A stretch of 57,842 nucleotides of DNA from Candidatus Binataceae bacterium (GTDB taxonomy: Bacteria > Desulfobacterota > Binatia > Binatales > Binataceae): the NCBI GenBank assembly GCA_035502655.1, contig DATJUF010000243.1, forward strand, positions 1 to 57,842, read 5' to 3'. The notes under the pieces are model-generated. The model was not told the origin of the DNA. It worked only from the letters and a program-made list of their open reading frames with translations, and ran no database searches. A program made the position numbers and the translations under genes. Shown here in pieces: positions 27,802 through 35,926 of this stretch. The stretch's first letter is position 1. Each line of letters opens with the position of its first letter.

Positions 27802-28334
27802 TGAGAATTCTTGACCCTACCGACGAACGCGTTCCGGTCCGGCGCTCGCTGGCTCCCCGTCCCGAGGGCGTGATGGGCACCGTCGGGCTGCTCGACATCA
27901 ACAAGGCGCGTGGCGACGTGATGCTTAAGCATGTGCAGCAGCGCCTGAATGAGCTGCTGCCCAACGTCGAAGTCAAACATTATCGCAAGCTGACGCCGGC
28001 CCGGCCCGCCGCTGACGAACTACGCCAGCAGATGCTGAAGGAGTGCGACTTCGTTATCGAAGGCCTCGCCGATTGAGGGGGCTGCATAACGTGCAGTTTG
28101 CACGACACAGTATGGTTCGAGAATAACGGCAAACCCACGGTCGTGATCGCCACCGACGTGTTTGTCGATGCCGCCGAGGCTCAATCATCCGCGCTGGGCT
28201 TGCCTGAAGCGCCGCGGGTCTTTGTCCCTCATCCGATTCAGGACGCCACTGACGAGGAGATTCGTGCGAAGGGTGACGCCGTCATCGAGCAGGTGATTCG
28301 CGCGCTTACAATGAACAAATCCTCGTCGCGGTAA
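27801..28334 (+). CDS. selenoprotein, UGSC-like family (Sec at codon 92 encoded by in-frame TGA 28074-28076)
   Basis: ATG 27801 follows GGAGG and overlaps the upstream stop (cTGATGa). Track ORFs 27723..28076 and 28098..28334 are in the same frame, separated only by TGA plus 7 sense codons. Read-through gives ...CDFVIEGLAD-U-GGCITCSLHDTVWFENNGKPTVVIATD... A SECIS-like hairpin lies directly downstream. Confidence 0.8.
28090..28104 (+). promoter_or_regulatory. bacterial SECIS-like hairpin
   Basis: CGUGCA-GUU-UGCACG. The loop G and U fall at +23/+24 counted from the U of UGA. The UGCA/UGCA apical stem resembles the E. coli fdhF SECIS (UGCA-GGUC-UGCA). Confidence 0.6.
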
Positions 28335-28347
28335 AACCCGGTGAGAG

Positions 28348-28369
28348 GCGTTCCGCGAAGGCGGGACGC
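28348..28369 (+). terminator. stable GNRA-type tetraloop hairpin after the selenoprotein gene (attenuator or partial terminator?)
   Basis: GCGUUCCGC-GAAG-GCGGGACGC (9 bp with one G.U), 14 nt after stop 28334. A short CUUUU lies a few nt further on. Confidence 0.35.
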
Positions 28370-28416
28370 GCTCCGACGCAGGCTTTTGAAACATCAGGCA
28401 GGAGGCCGGCGGTTTA

Positions 28417-29496
28417 ATGAAATTCGGGCTTCACTATCAACTCCCATGCACCGCTGACCAATCGCCGGTCCAGCGTTATCGCGACACGATTGAGCAGGCA
28501 GTGCACGCCGAGGGCCTGGGTTTCGAGTCCGTATGGCCGGTCGAACAGCATTTCAACGCCAGCCTCTCGATCATGCCCTCGCCGCTGCTGATGCTCGCGG
28601 CGATTGCTGAGCGCACACGTACGCTCCGCCTCGGTATCGGGATTATCCTGCTGCCGCTATCGCATCCTCTGCGCGTGGCTGAGGAAATTGCAACGCTCGA
28701 CGTCATCAGTAATGGCCGTGTCGAGTTTGGCATCGGCCGCGGGGCGATTCCCAAGCATTTCCGGGGCTTCGGTATTCCGATTGCCGAAAATCGGGACCGT
28801 TTCATTGAGGGTTTAGAGATAATCCGTCAAGCATGGACCAGTGATGGGTTTTCTTACCATGGCCGCTTTTTCGATTTAGAGCGCATCTCCGTCGTGCCCA
28901 AGCCGGTCCAGCAGCCGCATCCACCGATCCGCGTTGCGACTAACAGCGAGGAGACATTCGAGGTCATGGGCCGGATGGGCCTGCCGATCTGCGCTGCGTC
29001 GCAGGTCAATCCATTTCACCGAATCAAGCGCTTCCTGGTGACGTACCGTGAAGCGCGCAAGGCCGCCTGTCATCCCGCTGCTGGCCCGGAGGACGTCTCG
29101 ATTCTGATGCCGCTCTACGTTGGCACGAGCGCCGCTCAAGTGCGGCGCGAAATGGAACCGAGCATCAAGTATTTCCTGAGCACAGCCACCTCGTTGTTTG
29201 GATCGGGAGCTCCGCTGCCGGGCGCCTCGCGATCCAGCGGATCGCAACCGGACGCCACGGTGCGCCTCAAGCAGACGCTGGAACGTCTCGCAAGCATGAC
29301 CTACGAGCAGGTATGCGAGCGGATGGCGATCTTCGACACTCCCGAGGCATGCATTGAGCGGCTGCAAGGTTACCGCGAGGATTTCAAGATGGGCCGCGTG
29401 ATCTGCTGGTTCAATCCGGGCGGCCAAGTGCCGCATCAACAGGTCCTGCGTAGTATGGAGCTGTTCGCCGCTAAGGTAATGCCGCATTTCGCCTAG
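28417..29496 (+). CDS. LLM-class flavin-dependent oxidoreductase
   Basis: AGGAGG RBS. MKFGLHYQLP...GLGFESVWPVEQHF...LDVISNGRVEFGIGRG is the luciferase-like monooxygenase signature. Confidence 0.88.
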   Translation: MKFGLHYQLPCTADQSPVQRYRDTIEQAVHAEGLGFESVWPVEQHFNASLSIMPSPLLMLAAIAERTRTLRLGIGIILLPLSHPLRVAEEIATLDVISNGRVEFGIGRGAIPKHFRGFGIPIAENRDRFIEGLEIIRQAWTSDGFSYHGRFFDLERISVVPKPVQQPHPPIRVATNSEETFEVMGRMGLPICAASQVNPFHRIKRFLVTYREARKAACHPAAGPEDVSILMPLYVGTSAAQVRREMEPSIKYFLSTATSLFGSGAPLPGASRSSGSQPDATVRLKQTLERLASMTYEQVCERMAIFDTPEACIERLQGYREDFKMGRVICWFNPGGQVPHQQVLRSMELFAAKVMPHFA

Positions 29497-29610
29497 CCGA
29501 ATCCTTCAACCCGGCGGGTGACGTTGTATCTTCGCGAGCGAGCGTTGCTTACACTTGGCCGGCTAAGTTTCCGAGCCTGGTTTAGTAGTTATGCAGCTCC
29601 GCAGATTTTC

Positions 29611-30249
29611 TTACGCGGCGTCCGGCTGATGCTCTGGACGCGCTTTCTCGAAAGCCTCGACCTTGCTGCATTCGGCGCAGATCCGGCGAATGGTTGGGAA
29701 AGCGGCCATCTCCACGCCTGATCGTTCTGCGTTATAAACCTGCGGCACGATGAAAATGTCGGCCAGCGTCGGCTTATCGCCATGACAGAAGCGACCCGTC
29801 GCCGGCGAACCCGCCAGCATCGCTTCGATCGAGCGAAAACCCTCGGTCATCCAATAGCGGCTCCATTCCGCGCGCTGCTCTTCGGTGGCATGGAACACCC
29901 GCCCGAGGTAGGCTTGCGCGCGCCCACCCTGGATCGGATGGATCTCGCATGCGACCGCGAGCGCGATAGCGCGGACCCGCGCCCGTCCCGCCGGGTCGCT
30001 CGGCAGGATCGGCGGCTGCGGATGGGTTTCCTCCAGGTACTCGCAAATCGCCAGTGACTGGCCGATCACATTGCCATTATCTTCGAGCGCAGGAACCCGG
30101 CCCTGAGGATTAAGCGCCTCGTAGGCAGGCGCGCGTGATTCGCCACGCGCCAGATTGATTGAAATATTCTCATAGCTGAGACTCTTGAGATTCGCGACGA
30201 TCCGCACCCGGTAACTCGCCGACGACCGGAAATAGTTGTAGAGCTTCAT
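29611..30249 (-). CDS. maiA: maleylacetoacetate isomerase (zeta-class GST)
   Basis: MKLYNYFRSSASYRVRIVANLK...NPQGRVPAL...GQSLAICEYLEE is the zeta-GST SSxxxRVRI motif. Confidence 0.88.
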   Translation of the reverse strand: MKLYNYFRSSASYRVRIVANLKSLSYENISINLARGESRAPAYEALNPQGRVPALEDNGNVIGQSLAICEYLEETHPQPPILPSDPAGRARVRAIALAVACEIHPIQGGRAQAYLGRVFHATEEQRAEWSRYWMTEGFRSIEAMLAGSPATGRFCHGDKPTLADIFIVPQVYNAERSGVEMAAFPTIRRICAECSKVEAFEKARPEHQPDAA

Positions 30250-30352
30250 AAGGTATTAACCTCCATTGCCGATGCTCAAGATAGGGTTCGTTTACGTGCG
30301 GAGGTGAGTCTGCGAACCGTCCGCCTTGCGGCTCTTCGTCCTGCCTTTAGAC

Positions 30353-31111
30353 TTATACGACTGCGCCTGCGCTGGTATGAATCGTCTGACCGGTAATCTG
30401 CCTGCTGCCTGGCATGCACAGGAACAGGATTGCTGCTGCCACATCTTCAGGCTGCGAGACGCGATGGAACAGGTTCTCCAGAGGTCCGCTCGAAGCGGCG
30501 CGCAGCAAAGCGTCTGCATCGCCCAATATCCGCGTCATCCCGGTCGCGGTGATACCCGGCGCGACTGCATTTACGTTTATGTCATGCGGTCCCAACTCAG
30601 CCGCGGCGCTCCGCGTCAACTGCACGATTGCAGCCTTAGAAGCGGCATACGCAATCGGCGAATTGCGCGCGCGAAAGGCCGAGCTCGAACTGACATTGAT
30701 GATGCGGCCACCCCCGCCCCGATCAATCATATGCTTCGCGACGTACTTCATCAGCAGCATAGGGGCCTTTAGATTCACCGTGTGCACGAGATCCCAGGCC
30801 TCCTCATCGATATCGACAAGACTCTGGAAGCGCCCAGCGATACCTGCACAGTTAACCAGGACATCGATACGGCCGAATTGCTGTATCACTCGCGCGACAG
30901 TGCTGTGTATCAGCTTCGTATCGGCCAGATTGACGGTGAGCGCGGCCGCCCTATCTCCGCCCAGATCCACGACAGCCTTAACGCCAGCTTCATCTCGATC
31001 CAAAGCCGCAACTGTGGCTCCCGCGCCGAGCAGGGCCGAAACTGTGGCGCGCCCGATGCCCGACGCACTGCCGGTCACCAAGGCAACTTTGCCGGAAAGC
31101 TCGGAACTCAT
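30353..31111 (-). CDS. SDR-family oxidoreductase
   Basis: Start at MSSELSGKVALVTGSASGIGRA (GGAG RBS). Motifs TGxxxGIG, NCAG and YAASKAA are present. The track ORF's longer N-terminus is unlikely. Confidence 0.9.
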   Translation of the reverse strand: MSSELSGKVALVTGSASGIGRATVSALLGAGATVAALDRDEAGVKAVVDLGGDRAAALTVNLADTKLIHSTVARVIQQFGRIDVLVNCAGIAGRFQSLVDIDEEAWDLVHTVNLKAPMLLMKYVAKHMIDRGGGGRIINVSSSSAFRARNSPIAYAASKAAIVQLTRSAAAELGPHDINVNAVAPGITATGMTRILGDADALLRAASSGPLENLFHRVSQPEDVAAAILFLCMPGSRQITGQTIHTSAGAVV

Positions 31112-31299
31112 GCTGGTCTCCTTAGCGAACGGCTTCAGATTGTTAGGCGCGACAAAGAATCGCGAGGTGGCTATGCGCGGACTAATAGCCGCGCGGGTTG
31201 TAAACAACTCCTATCGCATGCTCGGCTTATAAATTCGCGATCCGAAACTAGCAGACGACGTTGCAAAACCGCAATTCATGCGCATAAGCTTCTTGCAGT

Positions 31300-31329
31300 A
31301 GAAAAATCCTACTAGAAGCCTAAGTAGGA
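31300..31329 (-). terminator. rho-independent terminator downstream of the P450 gene
   Basis: On the minus strand: UCCUACU-uaggcuucu-AGUAGGA followed by UUUUUC. It lies about 70 nt after stop 31399. Confidence 0.5.
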
Positions 31330-31398
31330 AGAAGGCCGGGCTCGTCGCCTGCGCCGTGAGGCCCGCCGTGGCCTGGCCCAGCGGCGCGCCGCCGATAT

Positions 31399-32595
31399 CT
31401 AACGGCTCGAGAGTGGCAGTTTACTCAAACCTCTCAGCGCCATCGACCCTCGGTATTCGAGCCTGGCATCTGGCTTGGCCAATTGCAGGCGCGGAAATTT
31501 CTTCAGGATCGATTCAATTGCAATCGCACCTTCAAGGCGCGCCAATGGTGCTCCAAGGCAGAAGTGGATTCCTTCGCCGAAAGCGACGTGTTCATTGGGC
31601 TCGCGTCCAATGTCGAATAACTCCGGGTGCGGAAACTTGGCAGGATCGCGATTAGCCGCGGCGAGCAGGATGAAGGCGAGACTGCCGCTAGGAATTTCTG
31701 TGCCACCTACATTTACCGCTACAGTCGGGATTCGCACGGTCATCTGAACGGGAGGATCGTAGCGGAGCATTTCTTCGACAGCTTTCGGAACCAGTTCGCG
31801 ATTTTCACGCAAACGTTGTTGCTGGTCCGGGTACCGGCAGAGCGCCAACAGACCGTTGCCTATGAGATTTGTGGTTGTTTCGTTCCCAGCCAACAGCAAC
31901 AAGACCACAAACGCAAGCAATTCACTTTCGCTCAGTGCATCGGATTCGTCGCGCGCACTAACGAGCGCGCTAATCAGATCGTTAGCCGGATTCGCGCGGC
32001 GCATCTCAATCGCGTCCGCCAGATAACCATGCAGCGCCTCTCTCGCTGCAAGACCCGCGGGAGATGGCTCGGCGCCCGCGTCCTGACCGAATGAGCTGAT
32101 CAGATCATTAGACCACTGCTTGAATTGCGCATGATCAGCGGCAGATACTCCTAGCAGTTCTGCAATTACGATCACCGGCAACGGATTGGCGAGCGCCGCC
32201 ATCGCATCGAATTCAGCCTGCTCAGCAAGATTAAGCAGGAGTTCGCCGGTGATCTCGCGAATTCGCGCCTCGAGCTCACGGACCCGCTTTGGAGTGAAGG
32301 CCTTGCTCACCAGCTTTCGCAGCCGAGTATGCACCGGAGGGTCAGCCGTAAGGATAGTAGGCGCTCCGCCGAAGACGTTGAGCCGTTGGCGTAAAGGAGT
32401 CTCAGGCCGGCGTACGGTGAAGTGTTCGTGATCGTGTAGCACCCTGACCACATCAGCATATCGGGCGACTACCGTGGCCGGCATGAACAGATTGAGCTGA
32501 CGGGGAGGTCCATCGAGAAGTTTCGGAAAATGAGGATAAGGATTTGCGCGAAACTCTGGATCGAATGGATTGAAATAGAAGTCAGGTTCAGCCAT
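31399..32595 (-). CDS. cytochrome P450
   Basis: 398 aa. Heme-binding loop FGEGIHFCLGAPLARLE, ExxR (EEMLRYDPP) and an I-helix LLLAGNETT. Confidence 0.93.
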   Translation of the reverse strand: MAEPDFYFNPFDPEFRANPYPHFPKLLDGPPRQLNLFMPATVVARYADVVRVLHDHEHFTVRRPETPLRQRLNVFGGAPTILTADPPVHTRLRKLVSKAFTPKRVRELEARIREITGELLLNLAEQAEFDAMAALANPLPVIVIAELLGVSAADHAQFKQWSNDLISSFGQDAGAEPSPAGLAAREALHGYLADAIEMRRANPANDLISALVSARDESDALSESELLAFVVLLLLAGNETTTNLIGNGLLALCRYPDQQQRLRENRELVPKAVEEMLRYDPPVQMTVRIPTVAVNVGGTEIPSGSLAFILLAAANRDPAKFPHPELFDIGREPNEHVAFGEGIHFCLGAPLARLEGAIAIESILKKFPRLQLAKPDARLEYRGSMALRGLSKLPLSSR

Positions 32596-32805
32596 TGGCC
32601 CTCAATTGATCTAGCTATACACAGATCCACCAGCAGAGTCGATTGTCTCTAGAATTCGTTATTGCACCGGTATACGAGGCGTTGAAGCACATACCGGCGC
32701 TGATGCTTGAATCAAACGCGCCACACCTGAGCTAGAAAGTGCCGCGGCAAAGGTTAACTGACTATATAAAATGCGGCTGAGGCATCCGCGCCGGCCAGAA
32801 TCGGG

Positions 32806-33090
32806 TTAAGCAACCTCGTCGAAGCGGCGCTCTTCTTTGCGGACAATGACTCTCACCTTGGCGTTTGTAGCCTCTGCCATCGAAGGAGGAACCGTCGTCA
32901 CTTCCCTGTTGTTCATCATCGTCCCGCGCCAAGACGTGGCTGCCAACTCGCGCATGGAAAGCGGCTTAACGATCGGCTGGCGATAAGAGGCCCAGCCGCT
33001 CACTGCTCTCCACACATACCAATCGACCGCTGCAAGTGCGGCTATGGCCAGAATCCCTGACACTATCGCTAGAATCGTAGGATGTACCAT
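32806..33090 (-). CDS. small membrane protein, unknown function
   Basis: GGAGG sits 8 nt before the ATG. The N-terminal TM is MVHPTILAIVSGILAIAALAAV. Confidence 0.6.
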   Translation of the reverse strand: MVHPTILAIVSGILAIAALAAVDWYVWRAVSGWASYRQPIVKPLSMRELAATSWRGTMMNNREVTTVPPSMAEATNAKVRVIVRKEERRFDEVA

Positions 33091-33330
33091 ATTTCAGCCT
33101 CCTTAGCTTAGGCCTGAGCAGAGCACTCTCTATGCCTGCCGGACTTCATTGAAATTCCTTATGTATTTGCGTTTTGTTCCTTCCCAGCCGTATGCGAAGT
33201 GCGAAGGCAAACCAAATTGAGAAACAAGCGTCCCTAGTGAGAACGATCGTGCTCAGCGAGAGGTCATGTCTGGAATTTGCCGGCGCGCGCCAAGTCGCAG
33301 GGCGCTGAACGAGAGTCTCAGGGAGTAAAC

Positions 33331-35145
33331 TTACGGCTGGAGAGCCACCGCAGGAAAATAAATTCCTTCCGGTTTCCGTACCCACCATGCCCCGGTTTTT
33401 TCTTTCTCTTCAGGGCTGGAATAACGGTAATCGTAAAGCAACGCGCGTACATAAAGAGGAGGCTTGTGCGGGAACGGATTGCTTCGGAGCAGCGCCGTCA
33501 CCACCGGCGAGTTTTGCAGCAACCGCCGCAGGAACTGCACAAACCACGGATTTTGCGATGGAGTGCCGAGCGCCGCAAACCACATCTGCCAGTCGAGACG
33601 CGGCTGATGCGGGATGTTCCACGAGGGCCGCCTCAAGACGTCGCCCGGCTTGTACTTAAAGCTGTATTCAAGCCAGTGAACGCCGTCATCCGAGCCCTCG
33701 ATAACGATTTCAGGCCGGCTGGTAGTCATCACCGCAAATAAGCCATAAGTATTGACGATACACAGTGGCGCAATTTCATTACTGATCCACGCGGCTGGCC
33801 CGGAGATTCGTCCACCAAAGACAGTGTCGAGTTGGACCAAACTGATAAATACAATCAACAGTGCCAGGGCTCCGGTGCCAAAAGAGACGATTTTCCAGCG
33901 CTTAATATCCTCGGCCTGATACCGCGCGAGCCGGCTCAGGCGTTGCGGAATAATTCTGTGCAGCGCAGCATCGTCAAACAGTACCAGGCACAAGGCCATC
34001 CCGAGGAGATTGAAAAAGCCATAGTTGCCAGTAAGCAGGATGAGTCCTTGTAACAACAAAAAGCCGAACGCGCTGGCAAACCTCAATCTGCGGGGGCAAA
34101 AAATCAGAAACGGCAATCCCAGTTCAATCATGAGAGTCACCGCGGTTGATGCTGTAAGTATTGCCCGTGGCAGATGATCGGCGTACCAGGCCAGCGGTGT
34201 CGGAAGCGGCTGCGTTTGAAAGTGGTAAAAAAGCGCGGAGAGATTAGCCCAGGTTGGATCGCCGCTCAGAAGTTTGACTGCACCTGAGAGAAACATGAAA
34301 CGAAACAGCAGCCAGCGCAATAGCCATATGCCCGGCTTGGTCGTGATGCTTAGAAGAAGGGCAAGGAAGCCAGATTCGAGCAGGAGCACATCCCACTGAT
34401 AGCCCATGAATATCTGGCCGGCATAAAAGAGTGAGAGGTAAGCCGCAAAGAGAAAAAGCAAAGATAAGCGGGGGAGGACGTTGAAAATCAAGAGGAGCGA
34501 CACGGCTGCTCCTACCCAGCACGTTGCTTGAATCGCGAAGTCGCCTTGGTTCAGCCAAAACAGCATGGGAAATAGCCAATAGCGTTCCAAGCCAATCTGG
34601 CTGCGGATCGCTGCGGCGAATTCGGCCAGCGGTAGAATTCCGCCGCTGCCGATTAAGCCCAACGCCTGCACTCCAAATGAAATAAAGGCTGCAAGATAGA
34701 TTAATCCGATTGCCCGCAGGAATAGCCAAGAGACCAGTTCGAAACGCGGCGGTTGATAATCGCGCCCCCACAACCACAGGCATGGGCGGTAAAGCGTGTG
34801 GCGATGCGAAGCGATAAAAGCATAGACGGCTTCCGCAACATCAGCGAAACCCGGAAAGCGCCGATAAAGGGTCAGCCAGAAGCCCTTCCCCGGTGCATTA
34901 CCTATGGTAAGAAAAGCAGCCTCGGCGCCGCTCGCGATCTGCCCATCCGGCGCTATGTATTGCACCGCTTTTTGAAAGGCGGCCAGAGGAATTTCGGGAT
35001 ACTCCAACGCGGCTTCCTGGTACGGTGCATAAGCCACTGCGGGACCGGTGAGTTTCTGCCAGTAGCGAGCCCAATAGATGCAGAACCGGCAATCGCCGTC
35101 GTAGATCAGAAGCGGTTGCCGTCGAGCCGTATTCGTTGTCTGCAT
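33331..35145 (-). CDS. DCC1-like thiol-disulfide oxidoreductase (DUF393) fused to a lipase-maturation-factor (LMF1-like) polytopic membrane domain
   Basis: The N-terminus PLLIYDGDCRFCIYWARYW is the DUF393 CxxC motif. It is followed by many TM helices and a C-terminal ...YGLFAVMTTSRPEIVIEGS.DG..W.EY.FKYKPGD...P....PHQPRLDWQMWFAA, typical of the LMF family. Confidence 0.8.
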   Translation of the reverse strand: MQTTNTARRQPLLIYDGDCRFCIYWARYWQKLTGPAVAYAPYQEAALEYPEIPLAAFQKAVQYIAPDGQIASGAEAAFLTIGNAPGKGFWLTLYRRFPGFADVAEAVYAFIASHRHTLYRPCLWLWGRDYQPPRFELVSWLFLRAIGLIYLAAFISFGVQALGLIGSGGILPLAEFAAAIRSQIGLERYWLFPMLFWLNQGDFAIQATCWVGAAVSLLLIFNVLPRLSLLFLFAAYLSLFYAGQIFMGYQWDVLLLESGFLALLLSITTKPGIWLLRWLLFRFMFLSGAVKLLSGDPTWANLSALFYHFQTQPLPTPLAWYADHLPRAILTASTAVTLMIELGLPFLIFCPRRLRFASAFGFLLLQGLILLTGNYGFFNLLGMALCLVLFDDAALHRIIPQRLSRLARYQAEDIKRWKIVSFGTGALALLIVFISLVQLDTVFGGRISGPAAWISNEIAPLCIVNTYGLFAVMTTSRPEIVIEGSDDGVHWLEYSFKYKPGDVLRRPSWNIPHQPRLDWQMWFAALGTPSQNPWFVQFLRRLLQNSPVVTALLRSNPFPHKPPLYVRALLYDYRYSSPEEKEKTGAWWVRKPEGIYFPAVALQP

Positions 35146-35209
35146 TGAGCCCTCAAACGTTCAGCGCGAAGACTGGCAGTGTTCCCGGTGCGGCGCTATA
35201 AGTTGCTAT

Positions 35210-35719
35210 ATGGCAATCAACGAAAACCAATTGCAATTTCTGCTCGACCGCGCCGCTATCAGCGATGTGCAATGCCGTTACGCCACAGGTGTCGATATGC
35301 GCGACTGGCCACTATACCGCACCTGTTTCAGCGATGAGATCGACCTCGATTTCTCGTCCGCTGTCGGTATGCGGCCGCAGCGAATGAAGGCCGATGAATG
35401 GGTCGAATTTGCGCGCCGCACTATTAACGGGATGAAGGCCACGCAGCACATGATCACGAATCATGTGATTACACTTGATGGCGATGAGGCCACCTGTGTC
35501 GCTTACGTACAAGCGCGCCATCACCTCCCCAATGAAACGGGTGATAGCAACCAGGTCATGTACGGCTATTATACGAATCGTTTTGTGCGGACCCCTGAAG
35601 GGTGGAAGATTCGAGCGTGCAAGCTGACCGTAACCTGGAACGAAGGCAATATGCATATTTTCGAATTGGCTCGCCGCCGGCTGGACGAGATAGAAGGCCG
35701 CACGCGGGAGAAGAGGTAG
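35210..35719 (+). CDS. SnoaL-like / NTF2-family protein
   Basis: LQFLLDRAAISDVQCRYATGVDMRDW...THHMITNHVI...GYYTNRFVRTPEGWKI is the SnoaL_4 pattern. Confidence 0.8.
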   Translation: MAINENQLQFLLDRAAISDVQCRYATGVDMRDWPLYRTCFSDEIDLDFSSAVGMRPQRMKADEWVEFARRTINGMKATQHMITNHVITLDGDEATCVAYVQARHHLPNETGDSNQVMYGYYTNRFVRTPEGWKIRACKLTVTWNEGNMHIFELARRRLDEIEGRTREKR

Positions 35720-35926
35720 CAGTATCGTCAGGCCGTCTATGACCATCTGCAGGCTTGCTGGAACGGTCCCACGCTACAAAAAGGCCCCTGGGAAACCTGC
35801 CCCCGGGCTGTATGGCGAGCTCTTGCTCGCAGGGCTAAATTCTACTTTGCCACTGTCTATTTAACGGGAAGCTTATACCGCGAGGGTTGCAATTCAGGCC
35901 GCAGCCGTCATGCAGAACCAGGCTCG

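Noticed and set aside
28081-28097. Hairpin GCUGCA-UAACG-UGCAGU as the SECIS
   Set aside because: It is not discarded as a structure. However, its loop lacks the G-U in the expected register and it starts only 4 nt after the UGA. The overlapping hairpin at 28090-28104 fits the bacterial SECIS model better, and the two may alternate.
28876-29487. 203-aa minus-strand ORF; likewise 30414..31232 (+), 8439..9035 (-), 51588..52214 (-) and 55773..56291 (-)
   Set aside because: All are antisense shadows of strongly supported genes (LLM, SDR, kinase, amidohydrolase, oxc). None has a motif or an RBS.
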